The notes below the pieces were generated by a model, which was given only the letters and a program-made list of their open reading frames with translations, made no database searches and was not told where the DNA came from. A stretch of 64,000 nucleotides of DNA, taken from the NCBI GenBank assembly GCA_003280915.1, contig QCDL01000004.1, positions 37,190 through 101,189 of the forward strand, written 5' to 3'. The translations under genes and the position numbers were made by a program. Numbering within the stretch: position 1 is the first letter of the stretch; each line of letters starts with the position of its first letter. Positions 1 to 10,176 of the stretch are shown here, piece after piece. This stretch comes from Prochlorococcus sp. AG-355-I04. Lineage in GTDB: Bacteria; Cyanobacteriota; Cyanobacteriia; PCC-6307; Cyanobiaceae.

Positions 1-892
1 TTCTTATTAGGTCAACAATCATAATATTTTCGGCTCTATCTTTTTCGTTCGTTATTAAATCGATAGCATTAAGTGCGTCTTGATTTAAATTTTTATCTCT
101 GGATCTAGTTCCTTTGATAGGTCTTGATTCTACAAAATTTTTATTATCTATTTTTATAAATCTTTCTGGCGAGGTAGATAATACAGCCTCTTTATAATTA
201 TCATTATTTATTATTATTCCTCCAAAGGGAGCTCTTAATTTCCTTCTTATTTTCAAATAAATATCTAGAGGATTATAGTTTTTGGAAGATTCAATTTCAC
301 ATTTAGTTGTTAGGTTTGCTTGAAATATATCCCCTGAGGAAATTAATTTTTTCAATTTTATAATATTTTTCTGAAATTTTTCAGCCATTTCGTCCAAATT
401 TATTTTTGAAAAATCAAATTTCAAATTTGTTTCAATAATATTTTCTTCTTCAATATTTTTTATATTGTGGATTATGTTTTTAAAATTCATCAGTTCAGAT
501 GAGTTTGTGCCTTCAATAATTATTTCTTTTTTTATTAGATTACATTTAATAATTGGATCATATGATGCAATCCATAAAGTTGCCATATTAGATTTTCGCC
601 ATGGGTTTTTTGGTTCTATGTAAACTCCAGCTTCATAACTTAACCATCCGATCCAAAATCCTTTTTCAATATTTTGTAAATTGTTAAATGGATTATTAGT
701 TTTGTCTAAGTTATTAATATCTCTTGATTGGATTATTTTTTTAGGTTTAATTCCTATTATTGACCATTTCCCATTTTCTTTGCCATCACTGTCTAGCCAA
801 GCTAAACCTTTATCTCCAAATTTTTTTGTTAGATCATGCGTAATCAGTGCTGGATCTATCCATTTTTCTAGAATTATTTGTTTTATTTTCAT
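1..892 (-). CDS. pabB: Aminodeoxychorismate synthase component I / anthranilate synthase component I family (5' part; runs off the window start)
   Basis: Not in the ORF track. Manual translation from ATG at 892: MKIKQIILEKWIDPAL...GWLSYEAG...GDIFQANL...STSPERF...SRPIKGTR...EKDRAENIMIVDLIR, which carries chorismate-binding family motifs. The ATG overlaps the queC TGA (ATGA). Confidence 0.85.
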   Translation of the reverse strand, partial: MKIKQIILEKWIDPALITHDLTKKFGDKGLAWLDSDGKENGKWSIIGIKPKKIIQSRDINNLDKTNNPFNNLQNIEKGFWIGWLSYEAGVYIEPKNPWRKSNMATLWIASYDPIIKCNLIKKEIIIEGTNSSELMNFKNIIHNIKNIEEENIIETNLKFDFSKINLDEMAEKFQKNIIKLKKLISSGDIFQANLTTKCEIESSKNYNPLDIYLKIRRKLRAPFGGIIINNDNYKEAVLSTSPERFIKIDNKNFVESRPIKGTRSRDKNLNQDALNAIDLITNEKDRAENIMIVDLIR

Positions 893-1563
893 TTTTTATT
901 ATTCTTATTAAGCCATTTTTCATAAGCTGTATTTCTAATTCTGCAGCTATCACACTTACCGCATGGTTTTGAATTACCCGAATAACAACTCCATGTTTTA
1001 TCTAAAGGGACATGATTAGCAAAAGCTAATTGAATAATTTCCTCTTTATTTAAATCTAATAGTGGCGTCCACAATTTTATTGGATTATTTTCTCTTCCTC
1101 TTTTATTGGCTAAATCTGCTAATTCTTGAAATTTTTTAATGTAGTCAGGTCTGCAATCTGGATAACCAGAATAATCTAGTGCATTAACTCCTAATCCTAT
1201 AAAATCAGCATCTATTGCTTCGGCATAACTTAGTGCAACAGCAATAAATACAGTATTTCTCCCAGGAACATAAGTATTAGGAATTTTATTAGTTTGCAAT
1301 CCTTTTTTCGGAATATTTTTTTGAGTATCAGTTAATGACGAGCCTCCCCATAGAGATAAATCTAGCTTAATTATTTTAAATTCTTCGATAGCAAAGTGTT
1401 TTGCAATTATTGATGCAGAATTTAATTCTTTTTTATGACGCTGACCGTAGTCAAATGAAAGGCCAAAAATTTTAGCTTCGGATTTTTTTGCGATACCAGT
1501 AACTGTAGAAGAATCTAAACCTCCAGATAATAAAACTACTATCGATTTATTTTTAAGAATCAT
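889..1563 (-). CDS. queC: 7-cyano-7-deazaguanine synthase
   Basis: SGGLDS PP-loop, YVPGRN, GYPDCRP, and the C-terminal Zn motif CYSG...CGKCDSC. Confidence 0.95.
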   Translation of the reverse strand: MILKNKSIVVLLSGGLDSSTVTGIAKKSEAKIFGLSFDYGQRHKKELNSASIIAKHFAIEEFKIIKLDLSLWGGSSLTDTQKNIPKKGLQTNKIPNTYVPGRNTVFIAVALSYAEAIDADFIGLGVNALDYSGYPDCRPDYIKKFQELADLANKRGRENNPIKLWTPLLDLNKEEIIQLAFANHVPLDKTWSCYSGNSKPCGKCDSCRIRNTAYEKWLNKNNKK

Positions 1564-1569
1564 ATGATT

Positions 1570-2247
1570 TCAATTAATTTTTAAGTATTTGTGAGTTTGA
1601 AGGCTCAATTTCCAATCTGGATTATTTTTTACGAAATCAATAGCAAGAGAAAAACCATTCGCATTGTTCCATGCTGGCTGTAAATAAAAAATTTTATCTT
1701 CTTTTTTTAAGCAATCTTCGCTTCTAGATAGTTGATATTGTTTTAGAGTTTCTTTTTTTATTTGAATAGCAAATTCAACATCTTCTATTTCATTTATGAT
1801 TATTTTGATTTCATTACAGTTTTTTAAAAAATAATTTTTTGGAGGTGAGTGTCTTTTAGGAGATAAAGTAATCCAGTCATAGCTTCCTGATATCGAATTA
1901 ACTCCACTTGTCTCAATATGAATCTTCATTGGTTTTTGTTCTTTTCCCATCGTCATTTTTTTTATGGCTTTGCAAAAATTATCCAAGTTATGTTGTAAAG
2001 GTTCTCCACCTGTAATAACACAAAAAGATGCTCCTTTTTCTCTGGCAATTTTTATGCGATCTATTATTTTTTCAATTGATACAGAAGGGTGTTTTTCCTC
2101 GTCCCATGAATTCTTGGTATCGCACCACGAACATCCAACTTTACATCCGGCTAATCTTACAAAAAAAGCACTTTTTCCAGCGTGATAACCTTCACCTTGT
2201 AATGAATGAAATTGTTCGACTAAGGGTAAAAAATTTGTCATTTTCAT
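1570..2247 (-). CDS. queE: 7-carboxy-7-deazaguanine synthase (radical SAM)
   Basis: FHSLQGEG, FVRLAGCKVGCSWCDT (CX3CX2C), ITGGEP, IETSG, LSLQTHK; adjacent to queC. Confidence 0.93.
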   Translation of the reverse strand: MKMTNFLPLVEQFHSLQGEGYHAGKSAFFVRLAGCKVGCSWCDTKNSWDEEKHPSVSIEKIIDRIKIAREKGASFCVITGGEPLQHNLDNFCKAIKKMTMGKEQKPMKIHIETSGVNSISGSYDWITLSPKRHSPPKNYFLKNCNEIKIIINEIEDVEFAIQIKKETLKQYQLSRSEDCLKKEDKIFYLQPAWNNANGFSLAIDFVKNNPDWKLSLQTHKYLKIN

Positions 2248-2265
2248 TCAAAAAAATAAAGAATA

Positions 2266-3876
2266 TTAATTTGATTGAGTTAACTTATCTTGAGAGGCTT
2301 TTATTAATCCTTTAAATAAAGGATGAGGTTTGCCAGGTCGTGATAAAAACTCAGGATGATATTGACAGGCTAAGAAGTATGGATGATTTTCTAGCTCAAT
2401 TAACTCAACTAATCTGCCATCTGGTGATGTACCACTAATTTTGTATCCAGAATCTAAAAAACTTTGTTTGTAGTAATTATTAAATTCGTATCTATGTCGA
2501 TGTCTCTCATAAATAACATCCTCATTATATAAGTTTTTTCCAGTTGTATTTTTTGTCAATCTACATGGATAAACTCCAAGTCTCATTGTCCCACCTAAAT
2601 CAACTACATCTTCCTGTTCTGGTAATAAATGTATCACTGGATTTGGAGTGTTTGGGTCTAGTTCTGAACTAGATGCATTTGGAAGATTAGCTATATTTCT
2701 GGCCCATTCTATAACTGCACATTGCATACCAAGGCACAAACCTAAAAAGGGAATTTTATTTTCTCTTGCGAATTTTATAGCCGAAATTTTTCCATTGACT
2801 CCTCTATTGCCAAATCCCCCAGGTACGACAATTGCATCAACTTCATTTAAGTAAGTTTCTGCTGAATTTTTTTCTATCATTTCAGCACTTACCCAATGTA
2901 AATCTAATAAAGCCTTTTGTTCAATGCATGCATGTCTTAAAGCTTCAACAACGGATAAATATGCATCTCCAAGTTCAATATATTTGCCTACAAGGGCAAC
3001 TTTTATTGGATCTCCAGGATTTCTTAGGTTGTGTATTAGTTGCTCCCAATTTTTCAAATCACATTTTTTATCTTCAAGATCTAGATACTTTAGGGTTTCT
3101 TTGCATAAACCTTCTTTTTTTAAAGAAAGAGGTACAGAATAAATACTGTCTGCATCTAAAGCTTCAATTACAGAGTTGATACTGACACCGCAAAAACCAC
3201 TAAGCTTTTTTTTAAGAGCTTCATTGATAGATTTATCACTTCGGCATACAAGTAAATCTGGTTGAATTCCAATTGATCTTAATTCTTTCACTGAATGTTG
3301 TGTTGGTTTAGTTTTTATTTCGCCAGAGGTTTTGATGTAAGGAAGTAATGTTACGTGTATGTATGCAACATCATTCCTATTTACATCATTTTTGAATTCT
3401 CTTATTGCCTCTAAAAAAGGTAGAGATTCAATATCACCAACTGTTCCACCAATTTCAGTAATAATAATATCTGCATTGCTGTTATCGGCTACTCTATGAA
3501 TCCTTTCTCTAATTTCTCTAGTTATGTGAGGTATTACTTGCACAGTTCCACCGTTATAATTACCTCTTCTTTCTTTATTAATAACTGATTGATAAATAGA
3601 TCCCGTTGTTACACTATTCAACCTAGTCATTGCAGTATCAGTAAATCTTTCGTAGTGACCTAAATCTAGATCGGTTTCAGCCCCATCTTCGGTTACAAAT
3701 ACTTCTCCATGTTGAAAAGGGCTCATTGTGCCTGGATCAACATTTAGATATGGATCTAGTTTTAATATTGAAACACTATATCCTCTAGACTTTAATAATC
3801 TGCCTAAGCTTGCAGCTACAATTCCTTTACCAATGCTAGAAACTACTCCTCCGGTGACAAAAACAAATTTTGACAT
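2266..3876 (-). CDS. pyrG: CTP synthase
   Basis: [25 protein letters not shown], and a glutaminase domain with GLCLGMQ and QYHPEF. Confidence 0.98.
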   Translation of the reverse strand: MSKFVFVTGGVVSSIGKGIVAASLGRLLKSRGYSVSILKLDPYLNVDPGTMSPFQHGEVFVTEDGAETDLDLGHYERFTDTAMTRLNSVTTGSIYQSVINKERRGNYNGGTVQVIPHITREIRERIHRVADNSNADIIITEIGGTVGDIESLPFLEAIREFKNDVNRNDVAYIHVTLLPYIKTSGEIKTKPTQHSVKELRSIGIQPDLLVCRSDKSINEALKKKLSGFCGVSINSVIEALDADSIYSVPLSLKKEGLCKETLKYLDLEDKKCDLKNWEQLIHNLRNPGDPIKVALVGKYIELGDAYLSVVEALRHACIEQKALLDLHWVSAEMIEKNSAETYLNEVDAIVVPGGFGNRGVNGKISAIKFARENKIPFLGLCLGMQCAVIEWARNIANLPNASSSELDPNTPNPVIHLLPEQEDVVDLGGTMRLGVYPCRLTKNTTGKNLYNEDVIYERHRHRYEFNNYYKQSFLDSGYKISGTSPDGRLVELIELENHPYFLACQYHPEFLSRPGKPHPLFKGLIKASQDKLTQSN

Positions 3877-3951
3877 TAAATATTTTTAATTAAGCACTGC
3901 CTCCTTATATTTTATTTAAACAAAAAACTTTTAGAACATCCATATATATTC

Positions 3952-5748
3952 TTATTCATCAATTGTTATTTCAATATCTAATTCTTTTAATTGTGATTCT
4001 GAGACATTTGAAGGCGCATTTGTGAGAAGACATTTTGCTTGTTGATTTTTTGGAAACGCAATAGTTTCTCTGATTGAATCTGCACCTATGATCAGCATGG
4101 TAATACGATCTAATCCAAACGCTATTCCACCATGAGGAGGAGCACCCATTTCTAAGGCCTCTATTAAAAATCCAAATTTTTCATTAATCTCTTTAGCAGT
4201 AAGTCCTACCGTTTTTAAAACCTCTCTTTGCAAGTTTGCTTCATGAATACGTAAAGAGCCACCTCCTAATTCCAAGCCATTAAGAACTAAGTCATAAGCA
4301 TTTGCTATAGAGTCCTCGATTTCTTTTTGCAAGTTTTCAGGATCTTTAGAGTTTATATTTTTTGGAGAACAAAAAGGATGATGTAAAGCTTCATATCTAT
4401 TTTCCTCTTCATTTCTCTCAAACATTGGGAAATCAGTTATCCATAAGAAATTCCATTTACTTTTATCTATGAGGTTTAAGTCTTTTGCGATGTATTGTCT
4501 CACTCTATCTAATGACTGGTTCACAATTTGTTTATCTCCAGCACCCAAGAGGATTAAGTCTCCATCTTGCGCTTCGGTGATTTTTAAAATATCAGCTATG
4601 TGCTCTTCATTTAGATTATTTTTAATTGCCCCAATAGTCTCAAGCTCATCTCCTTTGACCCTTATAAAGGCCAAACCACCAGCTCCTGCATCTTGAGCTA
4701 CTTGGAAGATATCACCTCCGGGTTTAATTCTTACGTTGCTAATACTTAAATTACCTCCTTTGACTGTTATGGATTTTATAGAACCTCCAGACTTAATTGC
4801 CTTGGTGAAAATATTAAAGCCAATATCACCTAATACTTCTCCCAAATCTTTTAATAACATTTGATATCTAGTGTCTGGTCTATCAGTGCCGTAATTATCC
4901 ATTGCTTCTTGCCATGACATTCTTGGAAAAGCATTATTAAAATCAATATTTAATACTTCTTTCCATATTTTTTTTATAAGACTTTCATTAAAAGAGATTA
5001 TTTCTTCTTCACTAATAAAACTCATTTCAATATCTAATTGCGTAAACTCTGGCTGTCTATCTGCCCTTAAGTCTTCATCACGGAAACATTTTGCGATTTG
5101 ATAATACTTATCTAAGCCTCCCACCATTAAAAGTTGTTTAAATAGTTGTGGGGATTGAGGTAGAGCAAAAAATTCTCCATTCGAAAGACGAGCAGGAACA
5201 AGAAAATCGCGAGCGCCTTCTGGAGTTGATTTTGTAAGTAATGGTGTCTCTACTTCTGTAAATCCAAAATTATCAAGAAATTCTCTAGCAATTTTAATAA
5301 TTTTATGTCTTGTTTTTAAATTTTCTAGTAATTTGCCTCTTCTCAAATCAAGGTATCTATATTTTAATCTGAGTTCTTCTTTTGTATTTTCATAATCATG
5401 TATAGATACTGGAAAAGGCAGGTTTTTTTTAATTTGGTTGAGAATTTGCAAATCTTTAACTTTAAGCTCTAACTCTCCAGTACTTAAATTTTTATTTATT
5501 GAATCTTTTGGCCTTTCGTTAATAATCCCGCTAACCATTATTACCGTCTCATTTCTTAGAGTTTCTGCCTGTTTAAATAGATTTGCTCCATCATCGGGGT
5601 TAATAGTTATTTGTAAGAATCCACTATGGTCTCTTAAATCAATAAAAATTACACCACCATGATCTCTTCTTCTATCTACCCATCCGCATAGATTAACTAA
5701 TTTACCAATATCTTTATTATTGAGTTCTTCACAAATTTTGTTTCTCAT
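3952..5748 (-). CDS. aspS: Aspartate-tRNA ligase, probably the non-discriminating Asp/Asn type
   Basis: Class II motifs [14 protein letters not shown] and [15 protein letters not shown] carries the His typical of non-discriminating bacterial AspRS. Confidence 0.97.
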   Translation of the reverse strand: MRNKICEELNNKDIGKLVNLCGWVDRRRDHGGVIFIDLRDHSGFLQITINPDDGANLFKQAETLRNETVIMVSGIINERPKDSINKNLSTGELELKVKDLQILNQIKKNLPFPVSIHDYENTKEELRLKYRYLDLRRGKLLENLKTRHKIIKIAREFLDNFGFTEVETPLLTKSTPEGARDFLVPARLSNGEFFALPQSPQLFKQLLMVGGLDKYYQIAKCFRDEDLRADRQPEFTQLDIEMSFISEEEIISFNESLIKKIWKEVLNIDFNNAFPRMSWQEAMDNYGTDRPDTRYQMLLKDLGEVLGDIGFNIFTKAIKSGGSIKSITVKGGNLSISNVRIKPGGDIFQVAQDAGAGGLAFIRVKGDELETIGAIKNNLNEEHIADILKITEAQDGDLILLGAGDKQIVNQSLDRVRQYIAKDLNLIDKSKWNFLWITDFPMFERNEEENRYEALHHPFCSPKNINSKDPENLQKEIEDSIANAYDLVLNGLELGGGSLRIHEANLQREVLKTVGLTAKEINEKFGFLIEALEMGAPPHGGIAFGLDRITMLIIGADSIRETIAFPKNQQAKCLLTNAPSNVSESQLKELDIEITIDE

Positions 5749-5803
5749 CTAAGTATGATTTATTTATCAATAACTTATAATAATTCTTTAAGGGTAAATT
5801 TAG

Positions 5804-6916
5804 TTAATAATTCTTTTTATAAAACGCTCTTTTTGTTATAACCCCTTTGTATTTTTTGCCTCTTATTAGTATTTGAACTTCATTATTTATTAAGGCATGC
5901 GAAGTATTGATGTATGCAAAAGCTATAGCTTGTTGTTTAGTTGGAGACCAACTGCCGCTAGTGATAGTTCCAATATTCTCTTCACCTTTTAGTACTGCGC
6001 AACCTTTTCTTCCTATTGCTTTACCATCTATAGAAAGACCAACTAACTTTTTTTGAATACCTAATCTTGACTGCTCTTCAAGAAATCTTCTTCCAAAGAA
6101 TTCGTGATTATTTTCTAGATGTACTAGCCATCCTAACCCAGCTTCATATGGAGAAGTTTCTTCATTTATGTCTTGGCCATAAAGATGCATGCCTGCTTCA
6201 AGTCTAAGAGTATCTCTAGCTCCTAAACCACAAGGTGTAACATTTTTGGAAATTGAGAAATCCCATAAATTAATTGCTGCTTTTTTAGATAAAAGTATTT
6301 CTAGACCATTTTCCCCTGTATATCCTGTCTTGGAAATAAAGATTTTTTCTTTAGGCGAAATATTTTCAAAAATTTTATATTCGCATCCAAAGTTAGGGAT
6401 ATGTGATATCGAAGATTCAATCCATTCTTCAAATAAATCGAATGAGTTTTTTCCCTGTAGTGCTAAAAGTACTTTGTCTTTTTTAAAGTTTGTTATCAAA
6501 ATTTCAGATATATTTAAATTATTTTTTATCCACTGAAAATCTTCTTCGTATCTACTTGCATTAACTATTAACAATAATTCTGACATGTCATTTTCTTGTA
6601 TACCAAGGTCATAAATTATTAAGTCATCTATTATTCCTCCTTTATCATTGAGCATTACTGTATAAAGCCCCTGACCTTCAGAAAAGGAATATAAATTAGT
6701 AGGAAAAAGTTTTTGAATATAATCCTTTGGATTGATTCCCTTAATAGAAATCACACCCATGTGAGAAATATCAAATAATCCTGCTGAAGATCTAACTGAT
6801 TCATGTTCTTTAATTAGTCCTGAAAATGATATGGGCATTTCCCAACCTGCAAAATTCACTAATTTTGCATTGGATTCAACATATTTTGAATAGAGAGGAC
6901 TTTTTAGCAAATCCAT
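5804..6916 (-). CDS. gcvT: Glycine cleavage system aminomethyltransferase T
   Basis: [37 protein letters not shown]. Confidence 0.96.
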   Translation of the reverse strand: MDLLKSPLYSKYVESNAKLVNFAGWEMPISFSGLIKEHESVRSSAGLFDISHMGVISIKGINPKDYIQKLFPTNLYSFSEGQGLYTVMLNDKGGIIDDLIIYDLGIQENDMSELLLIVNASRYEEDFQWIKNNLNISEILITNFKKDKVLLALQGKNSFDLFEEWIESSISHIPNFGCEYKIFENISPKEKIFISKTGYTGENGLEILLSKKAAINLWDFSISKNVTPCGLGARDTLRLEAGMHLYGQDINEETSPYEAGLGWLVHLENNHEFFGRRFLEEQSRLGIQKKLVGLSIDGKAIGRKGCAVLKGEENIGTITSGSWSPTKQQAIAFAYINTSHALINNEVQILIRGKKYKGVITKRAFYKKNY

Positions 6917-6966
6917 GAAATATTAAGTTTGTATTTAGTATTTTTACACTGTAGTTTAGAAATTTT

Positions 6967-7848
6967 TTATTGCATATTTTCCAATGACAAAATTAAGCTT
7001 CTGAGTATTTTGGCTGCAACTATGCTACTTACTCCGCTTTTATCAATTTCTGGAGATAATTCCACAATATCTGAAGCCACAATTCTAAGGTCTTTTAAAG
7101 TTTTCAGTATTTCTTCAAAATCATTCCAAAAAAATCCTCCTGGTTCTGGAGTGCCCGTCCCTGCTAATAAACTGGGATCAAACCAATCTAAATCTATTGT
7201 TAAATAGATTGGAGACTTAGCGTATGGTAGAAGAGCTTGTTTTAACTCATCTGTATTTCCGCCTGGACAAAAGTGAACTAATTGGTTGTTGTTGTGCATA
7301 ATTTCAAATTCTTCTTTAGTCCCACTTCTAATTCCTACTTGTAAAATTTTCTTTTCAGGTAGCACTTCTAAGCATCTTTTCATAGTACATGCATGACTAT
7401 GTTCATTTCCTATATATGATTCTCTTAAATCTGCATGAGCATCAAGTTGAATTAAGATCAAATCTGGATATTTTTTTACTAATGCTTCAATAGCACCTCT
7501 TGTAATAGAGTGTTCGCCTCCAAGCATAATAGGACTAAGGCGTTTACTAATTAAATAATTTGTTGCTGATTTAACCGATTCAATAACGGACTTTGAGTCA
7601 TTTTTATCAATAAGTATTGATCCAAAATCAACATACATAATATCCTTTAAGTCTTTTTTTATTTTTGGACAATATGTTTCTAAACAAGAACTGACTTGTC
7701 TCATTGCTTCTGGACCAAATCTTGCTCCTGGTTTAAAAGAACATGTCCCGTCATAATTAACTCCAAATATACCAATTGAGCAATTCTCAGGATTTCTCTT
7801 TGCTCCCATATAAATTGCATTTTCGTTATCAAATAAATTTTTTGTCAT
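6967..7848 (-). CDS. speB: Agmatinase (ureohydrolase family)
   Basis: GGEHS, DAHADLR, DLDWFDP and GTGTPEPGG Mn-binding motifs; next to speE. Confidence 0.92.
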   Translation of the reverse strand: MTKNLFDNENAIYMGAKRNPENCSIGIFGVNYDGTCSFKPGARFGPEAMRQVSSCLETYCPKIKKDLKDIMYVDFGSILIDKNDSKSVIESVKSATNYLISKRLSPIMLGGEHSITRGAIEALVKKYPDLILIQLDAHADLRESYIGNEHSHACTMKRCLEVLPEKKILQVGIRSGTKEEFEIMHNNNQLVHFCPGGNTDELKQALLPYAKSPIYLTIDLDWFDPSLLAGTGTPEPGGFFWNDFEEILKTLKDLRIVASDIVELSPEIDKSGVSSIVAAKILRSLILSLENMQ

Positions 7849-7849
7849 C

Positions 7850-8701
7850 TTATGAATCTAGTTTTTTTACAATTTTATTTGGCATCATTTTGAATGCTGC
7901 ATTTTGAAAATTTAAATTCCAAATTTCACATCCTTTTTCTATTTTCAGGACTTCATCATAATTTTGCTTTGATAACTTTAGATCTTCTAAAGAAGCAAAT
8001 GTCCAACTCCAAATCCCGCTTGGATATATAGGCACAAAGGAATACATTGTTTCAGAAACTTTAAATATATTTTTTAGAGTTTTCAAAATATTTATGTGAA
8101 TATTTTGGAAGGATTCAGGAGATTCGCTTTGCGTTGCTAATATCCCCCTTGGTGTAAGTATTCTTTTACATTCTTTATAAAAAGAATCTGAAAATAATAA
8201 ATTTGAAAATTCTGAGGGATCTGAACAATCTATAAATATAACGTCGTAAAAATTATCTCTTGTTTTTTTTACCCATTTAACACCATCATCAACATGTATT
8301 TCTAATCTTTTGTCATTCCATGCTTCGCCTCCAATTTCTTCTAGAAATTTTTTAGATATTTTGATTACCTCCTCATCAATTTCTACTAGATCAATTTTTG
8401 ATATTTGAGAATATTTAACGCATTCTCTAACAGTCCCACCGTCACCACCGCCAACAATTAGTACATTAGATTTTTCGTCAATGCTACTTAATGCAGGATG
8501 CACAAGACACTCATGATAATATTTCTCGTCTTTTAATGATGTCATCCAGCAACCATCTAACATTAAAGCTTTACCATAATATTTATTTTCAATAACAATA
8601 ATTTCTTGATATTTTGAGGTTTTTTTAATTAGAATTTTTCCATTTAGGCCGAATCTTGAGCCTTTATGATATTCATCTATCCATGTTGTAATATTTGTCA
8701 T
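7850..8701 (-). CDS. speE: Spermidine synthase (polyamine aminopropyltransferase)
   Basis: LMLDG, YHECLVHP, VLIVGGGDGG, VEIDEEV, DVIFIDCSDP, YPSGIWS. Confidence 0.95.
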   Translation of the reverse strand: MTNITTWIDEYHKGSRFGLNGKILIKKTSKYQEIIVIENKYYGKALMLDGCWMTSLKDEKYYHECLVHPALSSIDEKSNVLIVGGGDGGTVRECVKYSQISKIDLVEIDEEVIKISKKFLEEIGGEAWNDKRLEIHVDDGVKWVKKTRDNFYDVIFIDCSDPSEFSNLLFSDSFYKECKRILTPRGILATQSESPESFQNIHINILKTLKNIFKVSETMYSFVPIYPSGIWSWTFASLEDLKLSKQNYDEVLKIEKGCEIWNLNFQNAAFKMMPNKIVKKLDS

Positions 8702-9552
8702 TTGCTTTTAGGAATTTTTTCTGCCAGTTTTTCTTTGGCTATTTGCCAAAGCCGTTTAAAGTCTTTGGGAGTTTGTTTTTTAATATTATCTCCTGCATGC
8801 TCTTCGACGATTGAAAACCTGTCTAAAAATTTTATATTAGTTTTTTGAAGAGCTGATTCAGGATTGATCTTTAAAAAGTTTGACAAATTAAGAATGGTAA
8901 AGTAAACATCCCCAAATTCATTTTTTATCTCTGAATCATTTTTATTTTTAATTGCTTCCTTTAATTCATTAATCTCTTCTTCTAACTTTTTAAAAATCTC
9001 ATCAGTACTTTCCCACTTGAAACCATGTTCTTTAACAACAGTTGTGATTTTATCTGTTCCAACCGTTGGCGGTAAATTTTTAATTTTCAAATTTAAATTT
9101 TTACTAATCGATGGTTCAATATGAATTGTTTCTTTTTCTGAATTTTTAATATTTTCCCAAATCTGTTGCGATTTTTTTAATGATACTTTTTCTTTTTTGT
9201 TAAAAATATATGGATGTCTATTAATAATTTTCTTGTTTAGATTTTTTATAACATCATTTAGTGTAAATTCTTTTTCTTCATAACCGATTTCAGAATGCAG
9301 CATTACTTGTAATAAAAGATCTCCTAACTCCTCACATATGTTAGCTGCATTTTTTTCATATATCGCATCTATAAATTCATTACTTTCTTCATACAAAAAT
9401 GGGATCAACGATACATGTGACTGTATTTTCTGCCATGGACAGCCCCAAGTTTTATCTTTTAATGCTTTTATATTAGTTATTAAGATTTTAAAATTATTTA
9501 TAGTCTCTAAATCGGAATTATTTTCCAATTTATATCTATTGTTTGAGGACAT
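8698..9552 (-). CDS. mazG: Nucleoside triphosphate pyrophosphohydrolase MazG (tandem domain)
   Basis: GCPWQKIQ, EELGDLLLQV, KIINRHP, and a second domain EEINE...EFGD. Confidence 0.93.
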   Translation of the reverse strand: MSSNNRYKLENNSDLETINNFKILITNIKALKDKTWGCPWQKIQSHVSLIPFLYEESNEFIDAIYEKNAANICEELGDLLLQVMLHSEIGYEEKEFTLNDVIKNLNKKIINRHPYIFNKKEKVSLKKSQQIWENIKNSEKETIHIEPSISKNLNLKIKNLPPTVGTDKITTVVKEHGFKWESTDEIFKKLEEEINELKEAIKNKNDSEIKNEFGDVYFTILNLSNFLKINPESALQKTNIKFLDRFSIVEEHAGDNIKKQTPKDFKRLWQIAKEKLAEKIPKSK

Positions 9553-9651
9553 AGGATATATTTTGATTAATTAAATTTTGCCTCAATCATGAAATATTTA
9601 AATACTTAGTATAAATTTTTCAACTTCATCTATTAGAATGAACTATTATAA

Positions 9652-9723
<72 letters not shown>

Positions 9724-9738
9724 TTTATTATTTTTCTA

Positions 9739-10080
9739 ATGACTGAGATCGTCAATCTTTCAATCAGTCAAAGTGCTGCTTCAGAACTATCTAGGCAAGC
9801 TTCTTTTGGAGGTTTTCCCGGAGAAATGTCCATTGATTTGGTAGAGGATAAAAATTGTTCCGAAGGATGGATGCATATTAAATTAAGGCCAGGTACATGT
9901 AATGGATCCCCTATTTCAAGAACTGAAGGAGTAACTTTATACGCGGATGTAAAAAAGTTTAATTTACTGAAAGATTTAAAATTAGATTATTACGGTGATT
10001 TGAGCGGTGGTGGATTTCTTATTTCAACACCAAAAAATGCAAAACGTTGTTCTTGTGGTTCTGGTTTCAAACTTTTGTAG
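9739..10080 (+). CDS. HesB/IscA/ErpA-family Fe-S cluster assembly accessory protein
   Basis: NCSEG motif, LKLDY...GGGFLISTPKNAKRCSCGSGF terminal CXC. The track start (9694) lies inside the tRNA, so ATG 9739 is the plausible start. Confidence 0.85.
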   Translation: MTEIVNLSISQSAASELSRQASFGGFPGEMSIDLVEDKNCSEGWMHIKLRPGTCNGSPISRTEGVTLYADVKKFNLLKDLKLDYYGDLSGGGFLISTPKNAKRCSCGSGFKLL

Positions 10081-10176
10081 AATAAATATGTCTTTTTTGC
10101 AAACTAATATTATTTTCAATAATTAGCTGCTCTCAAGATAAAATAAATAAAAAGTTTATTGAAATAAAATTTGCAC

